From Octopus vulgaris (lineage: Eukaryota): a DNA stretch of 64,000 nucleotides. This document shows positions 24,802 through 39,449 of the stretch, piece by piece (the stretch's first letter is position 1; each line of letters begins with the position of its first letter). The position numbers and the translations under genes are program-made. A model generated the notes under the pieces. The model saw only the letters and a list, made by a program, of their open reading frames with translations, searched no databases and was not told where the DNA came from. The stretch covers positions 50,158,001 through 50,222,000 of the forward strand of contig OX597819.1 in assembly GCA_951406725.2 (NCBI GenBank), written 5' to 3'.

Positions 24802-25004
24802 GTGACTGCGTGTGTATCGTTGGCAAATTTTTTTCCTCCGTCTTCCGTTCCTTGGACCTTTCCTTTTCTTATGTTTCTGACGAAGAGCTCCGCTCGAAAC
24901 GTTAAGTACTCCTTCTTCCTTTCCTTCCTGAGCGTCACTATACTTGTTCCACGTCCTCGCGTTGTTGTGCTTTCTCTTTGTGTTTTCATGTTTGGATTAA
25001 CTTT
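24801..25004 (+). mobile_element. HHR family A element (hammerhead 24873-24907)
   Basis: GTTT-CTGACGA-A-GAGC(TCC)GCTC-GAA-ACGT-T-AA; flanked by (TA)n/(TATC)n. Confidence 0.85.
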
Positions 25005-25005
25005 A

Positions 25006-25097
<92 letters not shown>

Positions 25098-25562
25098 CAC
25101 ACACACAAAAATGTGCATATACTACAATGTACGCATACACACAAACCTACACACATGTATTATATATCATATTTACGTGTATGTGTTAGTGTATTGGTGT
25201 GTGTGTCTGTGTCTGTCTCTTTCATCACTCTCTTTCTCTCTCTGTGTCTTTCTCTCTCTTCCTTCTCCCAATAAATATATATAGATAGATAGATGCATAA
25301 TATATGGAAATGTATATACGTACATATATAAATATATATAAGTACGCATGTATATTTGGAAATGTATGTATATATATATACGTATGTATGTATTTATTTA
25401 TATACATACATACTGACACATACACATTCAAGTATACATACATATATACACATAGGTATGCCTACAAGGAATAGACGTTCATATCTTCACATATACATTT
25501 ATATACATGTTATTGAATATACAATATTGATAGTAACAATAATAATAACAATAATAATAATG

Positions 25563-25649
<87 letters not shown>

Positions 25650-25751
25650 TTATCATTATTATCATCATCATCACCTTGATCATTATTATTAGTATTATTA
25701 TTACCTGCACACTATATATGTATACACACACACACACCACACACATACACA

Positions 25752-25902
<151 letters not shown>

Positions 25903-26025
25903 TTGTATATATATAAATATATATGCTTAGTGCATAGACAGATACAAAGATATAGCTTTATGTATGTGTGTTTGTATATTTAATACGCCACAAATAACAT
26001 AAGCGTGTGTGTGTATGTGTGTGCA

Positions 26026-26099
<74 letters not shown>

Positions 26100-26641
26100 T
26101 ATGCATTGCTATCAGTTATTTCCTATATAATACTGAACTTTGTAATAGAATTAATAGAGATGTGTAAGTAAGAAGCTGTCGTAGTTTATGTCTATGCAAT
26201 GAAGCAATGAATATGGCCTAATGAGTCCCTGATATTTCTTCGGAATGTTGGATGGTGGAACTGATGTTGGTGGTGGTGCTGCTGGTGAGGTTGTTGTTGT
26301 TGTTGTTGTTGCTGTTGTTGTTGTTTTTGTTGACGTTGTTGTTGTTGTTGGTGGTGGTGGTGCTAACGGTGGAAACGATGGTGCTGGCGATGGGTAGTGG
26401 AGGGAGTGACTTAGGCGTAGCAGACGTACGCTATAAAAGTGTGGAGATCTCCAAAAACTGTGTGATCGTGTTGACAGACATCTTTGATGTGACGACCATC
26501 TTCATAGACACATACATACACACACACACACATACACACACAAACACACACACACACAAACACACACGCACACATGCACACAAACACACATACACACACA
26601 TATATATGGGCTCATAGACATATATACATATATATAAATAC

Positions 26642-26708
<67 letters not shown>

Positions 26709-26831
26709 CATATGTATATATATACATACATAATATACTTATATATATATTTAATATGTCTGTGTGTATATATATATATATATATATATGTATAGATATA
26801 TATATATATGTGTGCATTTATGTATATATAA

Positions 26832-26863
<32 letters not shown>

Positions 26864-26942
26864 CGTATAAAGACACACACACTCACACATGCATACCCAC
26901 ACTCACACACTCATATATGTGTGTATATATACGTACATGTCA

Positions 26943-26994
<52 letters not shown>

Positions 26995-27149
26995 TTGTTT
27001 GCTTATTTTTACTTCTGAATTTTGTAAATTTCGATTTCACTTTCCTTCATAATTTCATAATCTTGTTGTCATTCGGCTCTCTGTCTGGCTGACTGTTTGG
27101 CTGGTTGGTTGAGGGAGTCTATATTTATCATCACATCTCTCTCCCAAAT

Positions 27150-27254
27150 CCTTCTTCTTCATCATCATCTTCTTCTTCTTCTTCTTCTTCTTCTTCTTCT
27201 TCTTCTTCTTCTTCTTCTTCTTCTTCTTCTTCTTCTTCTTCTTCTTCTTCTTCT

Positions 27255-27301
<47 letters not shown>

Positions 27302-27850
27302 TTCATCATCATCTTCTTCTTCTTCTTTCTTCTTCTTCTGCTTCTTCTTCTTCTTCTTCTTCTTCTTCTTCTTCTTCTTCTTCTTCTTCTTCTTCTTCTT
27401 CTTCTTCTTCTTCTTCTTCTTCTTCTTCTTCTTCTTCTTCTCCTTCTTCTTCTCCTTCTTCTTCTTCTTCTTCTTCTTCTTCTTTCCTCTTCTTCTTCCC
27501 CTCCTCTTCTTCCTGCTCCTCCTGCTCCTCCTTCTTCTTCTTCTTCTTCTTCTTCTTCTTCTTCTTCTTCTTCTTCTTCTTCTTCTCATCCTCCTCCTCC
27601 CCTCCCCGTCCTCCACCTTCTCTACCCCCTTTCCTCTACCTCTTTTTCCTCTACCTCTTTTCCTCTACCTCCTTCTCTTCCACCTCTTCCTTCTCCTTCA
27701 CCTCCTCTTCTCTTTCTACTTCCTCTCCTCCTTCACGTCCCTCCTCCGCTTCTCTTCCTCCTCTGCCTCTTTTTCCTTCCCTCGTCTCCCACTTCCTCCC
27801 CTGCCTCCCCTTCTCTCAACAACCTCCCTTTCCCTCCTCCTTCTCCCCAT
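27150..27850. repeat. (TTC)n microsatellite followed by a polypyrimidine tract
   Basis: Direct reading. Confidence 0.95.
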
Positions 27851-28222
27851 ATCTGTCTGTCCTCCCCTCTCTCTCTCTCTCTCTCTCTCTCGCACACACA
27901 TACACACACACACACACACACACAAAGTTCTTAATGGTGGATTGACAAATTCCTTAACCTGACAAAATGGCAAAATTCCTTGTAGTATTTAGTCACGTCA
28001 TCTCGTGAGTGTTCAAATCCCAACGTCTTGTTTTGGTTTTTGCTTGAAATCTCACGAACAATCCACATCACGTCGCTTTAACAGACGAGGCATAAGATCG
28101 ATGCTGCTCATCAGAGAAACTACACTATTGCTCTCTTCACACTTCTTTACAAGACTTCTGTTACTATTTCCCTTCAGGTGTTCTAATTTCATTTGATGAT
28201 GATGATGATGATGATGATAATA

Positions 28223-28895
<673 letters not shown>

Positions 28896-28900
28896 CTGCA

Positions 28901-28955
<55 letters not shown>

Positions 28956-29043
28956 TGTAGTAGTAGTAGTAGTAGTAGTAGTAATAATAATAATAATAAT
29001 AATAATGATGATGATGATGATGATAATGATGATGATGATGATG

Positions 29044-29145
<102 letters not shown>

Positions 29146-29148
29146 TAA

Positions 29149-30215
29149 TCACCCACGTGCAGACACTGATTGCCTATACATGAAGGGAGTAAATGGAAGA
29201 TGGGGTCTGATAAGTATGGAAGACTGCGAGCGTATCGAACTCGAGAGCTTAGTGAGATACCCAGCCCAAAGTAAGGAAACTTTGCTAGTGACAGTTAGGA
29301 ACGAGAAAGTATTGAGAGTAGAGAAAAAAGGGAAAACAAAGGAAGAAGGACATGAAGAATTACACAAGAAGGGACTACACAATCAATTCCATGTAGCCAC
29401 AACAAAGTTGCTGGTAAAAGTAGGTGGGATTGGCTGATGAAAGGAATCTTAAAAAAGAAACCGAAGGCACTATACTGGCAGCGCAAGACCAAGCTTTGAC
29501 CACGAACTGGAGGGTCAAACTGAGGAATGAGCAAGTATCTCCGCTGTGTCGCATCTGCAACAGAGTGAATGAAACCATTGCCCATGTCACGAACGAATGC
29601 ACTAGACTTGCCCAAAACCATTACAAGTTGTGGCAACACAACCAGGTAGCGAAAGTGCAACATTGGAAACTTTGCGAAAAGTGGGAGCTAGGGAGAGGCA
29701 AGATGTGGTATGAGCACAAACTGCAGAATGTGGAAGAGTCAGAGACTAGCAAAATCCTCTGGGATTTCCCAATCCAAATAGATCAGGTGCTAGAGCATAA
29801 CAGGCCGGACCTAGTGGTGGTGGACAAGGTGCACCAGATATGCTATATAGTTGATGTTGCATGTCCCTTTGACCCACGAATAATCAAGAAGGAAGACGAA
29901 AAGATAGATAGATACAACCCGCTAAGTACGAAATGGCCCGGCTATGGAAAATGAAGAAGGTGAAGATAGTACCAATTATTGTTGGATCTTTGGGAATAGT
30001 ATCAAAAGGCATCAAGAGGAATATAAAAGAAATTGGAATAGAGTGTCCAGTTGAACTGTTATAAAGGGTTTACCGCGTTGGCACGGCCAGAATAGTCAGG
30101 AAATTATTAGATAGCTGAAAAGAACGAAGAATAACATGGTACCGTAGGCTGCAGGAAGTAAGCCCGCTACGCATGCAAGACTCCAGGAGCTCCAACAAAA
30201 CCTGTGATAAAGAGA
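29149..30215 (+). mobile_element. R4/Dong-like LINE 3' fragment (CCHC knuckle + RLE)
   Basis: ETEGTILAAQDQAL, CRIC..ETIAHV..C, KILWDFPIQ..HNRPDLVVVDK..VDVACPFD..EK..Y; inserted in (TAA)n. Confidence 0.92.
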
Positions 30216-30216
30216 A

Positions 30217-30247
<31 letters not shown>

Positions 30248-30345
30248 ACAACAACAATAATAATAATGATAATAGAAACCTTTAGTGATTTGTTATTGCT
30301 TGCTTTTAAGTAAAGAACAACCGCAAATAGAGCAGCGAAAATCAA

Positions 30346-30391
<46 letters not shown>

Positions 30392-31267
30392 GTTTCAAAT
30401 TTTGGCATTAGGCCAGCAACATCGAAGGAGGAGGTAAATCAATTATCAATACTATTACCATACTAACTTGAGTTCTGTTGCACAGCTGCTGTAACGTATT
30501 AGTCGACTCCATCGCGAAGTTCGACCGACTGCCTTCTTTTGGTCAGGAAGGGTAGGCATCAGGAAGGGTGGTTCTGGCGAAAGAATTGTGTGATAGCACC
30601 GACTGAAAAGGTGCTACATATACTTTACTTTTTGGTCAAGGCTTCATCAAGTTTTTCATGTTCCTCTTGGAAAGGAAAGCGAAGGTGGAAAGGGAGATGC
30701 TGCCGCAGCCTCACCCAGTAGATTTGTAAAAAGGTAGGAGAATCTAGTGAGAATGGTACACATGAAAGGATCTACTCTAAGCTTGCGCCTGCAGGCTGAA
30801 GATCACGGAGGAGAAACACTTGCCTTGTTGCTCTTGGTGTGCCGCATAACTCGGGATTTGCCAGGCTCTTTGGTCGCCCTAGAAGCCCTCCTGTACCAGG
30901 AGATTGCATCATCCTCATCCTCCTCATCATCGTAATCATCATTATCTCCATCATCGTGATCATGATCATGTTAATACTGTGTAAGTTTTTTTTTTTAAAT
31001 CATTCCATTCTATGTAAAACCCAGACTTTAAGTATTTCTTTGTATCGTTCTTCTCATCTGTCACCATGGTAGCAAATAAAAGAAATCCTTGTCACCATCA
31101 TCGACGTCGTCATCGTCTTCGATACCGCCTTCATCATCATCATCATCATCATCTTCCTCCTCCTCCTCCTCCTCATCATCATCATCATTATTATCGCTGT
31201 TGTGTTGTCCCTATTGTAACTTCATTATTTATTATTTATTTATATAATATATCTTTATTTAATGTAG

Positions 31268-31474
31268 TTGCAAATACCAAAATATTTACCCTTTGAGATC
31301 CTGCAATGCTGCAGTTAGACAGCAGAATATGTTTCTACTTCAAATTAAACTGGCTTTATGCAAATTAGCTTCTCGGACAGGAAATTACATAGACATAATG
31401 ATATCGAGTTACAAATGTGATGTTTATTGCAAGAACTTTCAAAGTTCCTATGTTGAAATTTCTTACAGAATTTG
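31268..31474 (+). CDS. Candidate internal exon (phase 2-2, 69 codons)
   Basis: GTAG acceptor, TG|GTAAAC donor, open frame CKYQNIYPLRSC..EISYRIW; no homology recognised. Confidence 0.25.
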
Positions 31475-31537
31475 GTAAACTACCATTAAATTTCATTTTA
31501 TTTCATTTTTATATTTTGACTTGTATTGTTGTTGTTG

Positions 31538-31605
<68 letters not shown>

Positions 31606-31937
31606 TTCTTTTTTTGTTCATGATTTGAGAAATAATACACTCTAAAAGTTTCCTTTCCTCAGAAAGAATTAGATATATCTCGAAAGCTTGCACGAAAATT
31701 GTCCCAGACTAGGAAATATTGAGTGTATATTAAAGAAGGTATGGTCGGGGGAGGGGGAAGAGATATGTCAGCAAACGATTCCAATATATCCATCTTACAA
31801 CCTCTTCGATTATGACTACATACCAGAAGAAAACTTCATGACTGTCCTTGATAAAAGATAGTGATAAGGCAGTCTTGATACGGGAATCCGTCGACAGTGG
31901 GTTTATCTTAGACACAGTAAAATCCGTTTAATACATA

Positions 31938-32169
31938 TTTCTTTACTACCCACAAGGGGCTAAACACAGAGGGGACAAACAAGGGCAGACAAACGGATTA
32001 AGTCGATTATATCGACCCCAGTGCGTAACTGGTACTTATTTAATCGACCCCAAAAGGATGAAAGGCAAAGTCGACCTCGGCGGAATTTGAACTCAGAACG
32101 TAGCGACAGACGAAATACTGCTGAGCACTTCGTTCGGCGTACTAACGTTTCTGCCAGCTCGCCGCCTTT
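31938..32169 (-). mobile_element. SINE family 3
   Basis: Well-preserved copy; flanks CCGTTTAATACA at ~31924 and ~32175 look like a TSD. Confidence 0.9.
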
Positions 32170-32539
32170 AAAAGCCGTTTAATACAGCTCATATAAAGCT
32201 TTGTCTTTTATGTTACAGATGTTTGCATTGCTATCCTTTGGGATGTGTTTATACATGTTCCTGTCAGCAATCTATCAACTTGAAAGCGCCTGACTGAATG
32301 TTTAAGCTGTTTGGATTATAATCATAAGAACGTGGGTTCAAGTCCTGGATTAAAAAAAAATTCTTTCACATTGTTCTATTTCTCTATCTGCTGGCGATTA
32401 AATAAGTATAAAAATGTGTAAAATTTAACCTTCGTGTCCACCACTACAACACTTATTGGATCCTCATTATTCATCCGTCAAATGTAAATAATGTAAATAA
32501 TGAACACCTGCTGTGACTCCAGTAATTTTCTATCATACT

Positions 32540-32921
32540 CTTTACTCTCTCTTTTACTTGTTTCAGTCATTTAACTGCGGCCATGCTGGGGCACCGCCTT
32601 TAGTCGAGCAAATCGACCCCGGGACTTATTCTTTGTAAGCCCAGTACTTATTCTATCGGTCTCTTTTGCCGAACCGCTAAGTGACGGGGACGTAAACACA
32701 CCACCATATACAGACAAACACAGACACACACATATATATACATATATATACATATATACGACAGGCTTCTTTCAGTTTCCGTCTACCAAATCCACTCACA
32801 AGGCATTGGTCGGCCCGGGGCTATAGCAGAAGACACTTGCCCAAGATGCCACGCAGTGGGACTGAACCCGGAACCATGTGGTTGGTTAGCAAGCTACTTA
32901 CCACACAGCCACTCCTGCGCT
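32540..32921 (-). mobile_element. SINE family 1
   Basis: Close reverse-complement match to 791-1197. Confidence 0.92.
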
Positions 32922-33443
32922 TATGTAAATAAATGTTTATGATAATTTTAAAAATTTATCCAAAAAACCTTATTTAGCTGTTATTTTTAGCACACATCAC
33001 AACCACCTCAATGCTAAATGACAAAAAGAAACCATAATAGAGGCGAAGTTAATGGAACTTGTTGCCATAATCACACAGAACACAAAACATTGTCAAATTT
33101 GTCAACACGTGCTTCCTCGCAGATAAAAGACTTTTCAAAGACTGTTACTATGGCAACAAGCAAAAGAGTTCTTATGTTCTGCTTCTTATTATCGAAATAG
33201 CCATGAATGTGTCCGTGGCTTACAATTGGGTAAAATTACCAAAATTTTCAAACTTTGATTACTAACTCTTTATTTATTGATTTATGACGAAGATCACTGT
33301 CACGTCACTAATTAACCTATAAAAGTGTATCATTACACTGAATATGAAGTCAATTCGAACAGAAAATTTACGCTGGCAGCCGCTGGCAACCAAAGAGAAA
33401 AGATCCATTTTAAAACTAATAAATGTATTTTAAGCAATGTTTT

Positions 33444-34005
33444 GACTCTTATTTCTAGCAACTGCAGTTGGTTTGCTCGTAGCTTTTGAATATTTAATTT
33501 GGTCGCGTATATTTTAATATTTTGTACTGTTTACTTTGCTCATGTATATTTTAATGTCTTGACTGTTATTTCTAGTAACTGCAGTTGGTTTGCTCGTAGC
33601 TTTTGAATATTTAATTTGCTCGCGTATGTTTTAATATTTTGTACTGTTTACTTTGCTCATGTATATTTTAATGTCTTGACTGTTATTTCTAGTAACTGCA
33701 GTTGGTTTGCTCGTAGCTTTTGAATATTTAATTTGCTCGCGTATGTTTTAATATTTTGTACTGTTTACTTTGCTCATGTATATTTTAATGTCTTGACTGT
33801 TATTTCTAGTAACTGCAGTTGGTTTGCTCGTAGCTTTTGAATATTTAATTTGCTCGCGTATGTTTTAATATTTTGTACTGTTTACTTTGCTCATGTATAT
33901 TTTAATGTCTTGACTGTTATTTCTAGTAACTGCAGTTGGTTTGCGCGTAGCTTTTAAATATTTAATTTGCTCGCGTATGTTTTAATGTATATCACTGCTA
34001 TTTCT
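33444..34005. repeat. 117-bp tandem repeat, ~4.8 copies
   Basis: Unit starts (GACT) at 33444, 33561, 33678, 33795 and 33912. Confidence 0.93.
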
Positions 34006-34411
34006 AATGTTTTGACATGCCGGCGCCCCCCGCCTCCTTGCTACTGTGGCAGATGATGGAAGAGGCAGCGAACCCACAATTTTCTGAGTGGTTGAAAATT
34101 CTGAAAATTATCAAACTTTGAATACCTGTAATATTTTCGCCAAATATTTCTGGAATAAATGAATAACAAATTCAGATTCAGCGTAACAAATTACATCTAT
34201 ATGCTACATTAACGTTTTTTAAAAAAGATTTCGATATGCAGTGACTGAAACCACAAATATCCAGATTCTGTTGTTAAAATCTACTACGTGCCATAAATTC
34301 GTTATAATTTTACTGTACAAAATATATTTTAACGATTTCATTATAGGCGCGGGAGTGGCAAAAATTACAAAAACTTACAAATTACAATTTTGTTTTCAAT
34401 TTGGTTTACAA

Positions 34412-34502
34412 TAATGTTTTCTTTTGACACATTCTACCAGTATACGAAGTTTCAAATTGTTTAGTTAACTAGAAAATTCCGTCCATCAAAAGGAAAAGAT
34501 CC
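34412..34502. mobile_element. Terminal fragment of the foldback family at 39678-40700
   Basis: Matches 40611-40700 and ends GAAAAGATCC; abuts a SINE family 3 remnant (34503-34642). Confidence 0.75.
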
Positions 34503-34865
34503 CTGGTACTTATTTAATCGACCCCGAAAGGATGAAAGGCAAAGTTGACCTCGGCGGAATTTGAACTCAGAACGTAGCGGCAGACGAAATACCGCTAAGC
34601 ATTTCGTCCGGCGTTCTAACGTTTCTGCCAGCTCGCCGCTTTACCACACAACGACAGGATGTTTTAAACATCAAATGGTTGTACGGTCCACCCTACTAAA
34701 GCAGGAATCAAAGGAGTCCATAGGAAAAAAAGTGGTTGAGAACCTCTGGACTAAGCCCTCGATTGCGGTTCCCTAGCATAGGGCCACAATCTAATGATTG
34801 AAATGTGTGAATAAGAGGGACATGTACCAAATTAGAAAAGGCCATAAAATATTCTCACTAGACAC

Positions 34866-34903
<38 letters not shown>

Positions 34904-35355
34904 GCACACACAAGCAAGTGTACGCGCACAGATACATACCTACACACTCACACATACATACATCTCTTCCCTAAGTATTCACCATCTCTCGTGAGGTGTG
35001 GTGCTAAGCATGTCGTCCTTGTTAAATGACCAATGAGAAAAAAGCACTCTTGGTCTTTAAAAATCGTTTTATTTATTAGTGATCTTTGACCTCGCTTTTC
35101 AAACTCTATTGACCTTACCGCGTCTTTCATTCACCACAATACAGAGCAACAGAGCTCTGTTCCACCTGAAATATCACAAGAGACTTCGAACGAAACTGAA
35201 CCTTCATGTATCTCGTGGTCACAACGGACGTCTTTTTGTAGCTCTCTCTCCATCTCTCAAACACATATAATCCCCTCTCTCGCTTCTTGTCTGTTTCTTC
35301 CTCACTCTTCCTCTTCCCACACTCTAGCTTTCTCTTTCTACCTTGATCTCTGCTG

Positions 35356-35415
<60 letters not shown>

Positions 35416-36034
35416 TTCTTTCTCACACACTCACGCACGTACCCATTCTCTTTTCCCCCTCTCTCTCATCCTCAGTCGTTGTCAGTCTTGTCTTTTTCTT
35501 CCTGCCTTCATTTCTCCCTTCTTTTTTTCTTTCTTACTCTCTCCCCTTCCCTAGCTTCTTTCTCTTTCTCCCTTTCGCTCTATCTCTCTGTCTCCATCTG
35601 TCTGTCTGTTTTTCTCTCTCTCTTCTTATTTTCTCTAAATTTGTTGTTACCAATCCCTATACAAAACGAGTTTTTTCTCACCTGTCACTCAACCATCATC
35701 ATCACATATCTGAACAATCCATCGCTGCCACCCCCGCTTTCCATCCATGACATCAACCAAGCAAATTAAGCAGATGTAGACTCTGCGAATGTATTCACCC
35801 TCTCCCTACTAGAAAAAGCAGCCGAATGTTTCTCAAATCATAAGCTGTCGTCTTCGAAAAGTGACACGCAGGATCATGTTGTCTTGGATTCTCTGTATAG
35901 CGGAATAGGATGTGATTGTCATGGCTGGAGACTTTTGGCTGCAGGTTTGCTCCGTCGAAGCTGATCAACAACTACAAAAAAAACCCCACCCACCCACGCA
36001 AACAATATTCTGTTATTCTGTTATTCTGTTATTC

Positions 36035-36638
36035 TGTTGTCTCAGTTATTAGACTGCGGTCATGCTGGAGCACCACCTTAAAGGGCTTTCGTCGAAGATA
36101 TCGACCCCAGGACTTATTTTTTGTAAGCCTACTATTTATTCTATCAGCCTCTTTTGTCGAACCACTAAGTTACAGGGACGTAAACACACCAACATCGGTT
36201 GTCGAGCGATGGTAGGGGACAAACACAGACAGACAGATAGACAGACAGACACACACACAGCTGAAAATTTCTAGAAAAACAAAAGACAGGTCTATGAACA
36301 ACAAGCAAGTGTATTAGTTTGACGCTCGGGAAAATGAAAAAGTCTTTTACGTTTCGAGCCTACGCTCTTCAACAGAAAGGAATAAGAGAAAATATACAGA
36401 GGGAGAATGAAAAAATTTTGCAGATTTCACCGGTCCAGCACGGCGAATATATATTTGTGTGTGTGTGTATGTATTCGATGGGCTTCTTTCAGTTTCCATC
36501 CATCAAATCCACTCACAAGAATTTGGTCGGCCTAACGCTATAGTAGAAGACACTTGCCAAAGGTGCCAAGCAGTGGGATTGAACTCGGAACCATGTGGTT
36601 GGCTAGCAAGATTCTTGCCACACAGCCACTCCTGCGCC
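36035..36638 (-). mobile_element. SINE family 1 with nested HHR family B element
   Basis: Tail 36035-36230 and head 36475-36638. Confidence 0.8.
36270..36448 (-). mobile_element. HHR family B element (hammerhead 36344-36379)
   Basis: Minus strand CTTT-CTGTTGA-A-GAGC(GTAG)GCTC-GAA-ACGT-A-AAAG. Confidence 0.75.
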
Positions 36639-36892
36639 TATTATTAGGAAATCTTATATAAATTTAATGCAGGTTCCCTAAAGTATATGATGCTGTCACT
36701 GTAGTTAATGAACGAATATAATTACATTTTGTTTATTTCCCCACTTCGCACAGGTTGTCTAAACGATGGTACCTAAGTTTGGAACCTTATTTAAATGCAT
36801 TGATTCCTTGCTTTGTGTGTATGTATCCGTGCACACGCACACAGACGTATACGATCATCATGTGATATGAGAGGAAGTAAATTCTGTTTGTG

Positions 36893-37218
36893 AGGGTGAG
36901 TAGCTCAATGGTTAGGGATATTCGGTTCACGATCGTAACGTCGTAAGTTCGATACCCGGCAGCGCGTTCTGTCCTTCAGCTAGACACTTTATTTCACTTT
37001 GCCCCAGTCCACTCTGCTGGCAAAAATGAATAGTACCTGTAATACATAAGGTCAGCCTTACTGCATCCCGTGTCACGCTGAATCTCTCCGAGGACTACGT
37101 AAACGGTACTCGTGCATGTGGAGTGCTCAGCCACGTGCTTGTTAATTTCATGAGCAAGCTGTTCCGTTGATCGGATCAACTAGAACCCTCCTCATCGTAA
37201 CCGACGGAGTACCAGTTA
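36893..37218 (+). mobile_element. tRNA-derived SINE related to family 2
   Basis: TAGCTCAATGG..GTTCGATACCC head and core-like segment. Confidence 0.7.
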
Positions 37219-37307
37219 CTGTAAGTTGATCCAGTAAAGCGTTTATATATACATATACGTAGTTGATACTTGCGTTGAGTCTCTTTAGTGTAATAGGTTG
37301 TCATAGT

Positions 37308-37470
37308 CGCAGGAGTGGCTGTGTGGTACGTAGCTTGCTTACCAACCACATGGTTCCTGTTTCATTCCCACTGCGTGGCGCCTTGGGCAAGTGTCTTCTA
37401 CTATAGTCTCGGGCCGACCAAAGCCTTGTGAGTGGATTTGTTAGACGGAAACTGAAAGAAGCCCGCCGTA

Positions 37471-37531
<61 letters not shown>

Positions 37532-37752
37532 GTGTGTATATGTTTGTGTGTCTGTGTTTGTCGCCCCAACATCGCTTGACAACCGATACTGGTGTGTTTA
37601 CGTCCCCGTAACTTAGCGATTCAACAAAAGAGACTGATAGAATAAGTACTAGGCTTACAAAGAATAAGTCCTGGGGTCAATTTGCTCCACTAAAGGCGGT
37701 GCTCCAGCATGGCCGCGGTCAAATGACTGAAACCAGTAAAAGAGTAAAAGAG
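37308..37752 (+). mobile_element. SINE family 1
   Basis: Full head, microsatellite and tail. Confidence 0.92.
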
Positions 37753-38076
37753 AATACTCACATACATAACAGCTCGCTTGTAATCCTTGTTCATTCCTGT
37801 GGACGTATATTATTTTCAACCGCTCGAGGCCCACTGCTTTTCATAGAAAGACTACACCGGAATCTGTTCCTTTCTACCCTCTTTTACAAGTTTCAGTCAT
37901 CTGGATCACCGTCTTTAGTCGAAGAAATCGACCCCAAATTAAAATTTTGTAGCTTAGTACTTACTCTATCGGTCACTTTGGCCGAACTACTACGTTTGGG
38001 AGACAAACAGACCAACATCCGTTGTCAAGTGATGGTGGTGGTGGTGGGGAGGCAAACACAGACACAGAGACACCCC

Positions 38077-38133
<57 letters not shown>

Positions 38134-38137
<4 letters not shown>

Positions 38138-39342
38138 GTGTAAAGCAAGGTCGTGTCCTCGCTCCTACATTATTTGGCGTTTTCTTTTCGCTCTTGCTCT
38201 CACATGCCTTTCAGACATCAGATGATGGAGTGTTTCTGCACAGTAGAAGTGACGGGAAACTGTTCAATCTCTCGCGCCTGCGTGCCAAGACCAAAATCAG
38301 AAACGTCCTGATCAAGGAGATGCTATTTGCTGATGATACACTCTGGTATCACACACAGAAGAAGCCCTCCAAATGCTCATTAACTGTTTTGAGCAAGCAT
38401 GTAACGACTTTGGCTTAGCTGTCAACCTTAAGAAGACCAACATCATGGGTCAGGCTACATCGGACATCCCAAACATACATATTGGAGACCACAGATTACA
38501 GGAGGTGGAGAAGTTTACCTATCTTGGCTCTACCGTCACCTACAACCTATCCCTTGACGCTGAGCTCAATATACGCATTGGCAAGGCAGCTGCTGCGATG
38601 GCCCAACTCTCCAAACGGGCATGGGACAACAATAAGCTGACCAAGACGACGAAAATGAAGATCTACCAGGCATGTCTACTTAGCACTCTACTGTATGGAA
38701 GTGAGACTTGGACGCTATACACACGCCAAGAGCGTCGCCTAAACATCTTTCACCTGCGCTGCCTCCGGAAAATCCTCCGCATCAAATGGCAGAATCATAT
38801 CCCCAACAAAGATGTCCTCAAGCAAGTAGGAATACCAAGCATGTTTGCACTCCTCACACAAAGACGTATGAGATGGCTTGGGCATGTTAGCCGTATGAAA
38901 GATGGCAGAATCCCCAAGGACATACTCTACGGAGAGCTTGCTAGGGGTACTAGGTATGTGGGTAGACCGTTCTTACGTAATAAGGATGCTTGCAAAAGGG
39001 ACATGAAGACCTGCAACATCAATATTAGCAGTTGGGAAGCAATTGCCAGCAACCGTGGAGATTGGCAACGTACCGTAAAAGAGGGAATACAAAGGAGTGA
39101 CAGAGAGAGAGAGAGAGAGGAGAATAGAAAGACAAGAAAAGACGTCAACAAGAAACTATGACGTTACAACCAGCCAGGAACAGTCTTCGCTACATTTGCG
39201 GTACCTGCCAGAGGGAGTGTTTGTCCAGGATAGGACTACACAGCCACAGCAGGAAATGTATCAGGACATGAAATGTAAAAGCCGGACTGGACTATTTTAT
39301 GCGCAACTCCATTGTCTCCCGAGACAAAAAGGATGCCAACAA
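38134..39342 (+). mobile_element. 5'-truncated RTE (BovB-like) LINE, RT C-terminal half
   Basis: GVKQG..LAPTLF, RSDGKLFNLSRLRAKTK, LFADD, FTYLGS, LLYGSETW, FHLRCLR..I.WQ, RWLGHV.RM..RIPK.ILYGEL; one frameshift near 38340. Confidence 0.95.
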
Positions 39343-39449
39343 TATATACTAGACTATCCGTGACCCTTTAGGTCATCGGGGAAGTCTTAGTTTCCCAGCA
39401 ACGGTGTTTTGTTTCGTAGTTGTTTTTCTTTTCCATGTTATTTCACATG

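Noticed and set aside
33444-34005. CRISPR-like appearance of the 117-bp array
   Set aside because: Whole units are identical tandem copies with no spacers.
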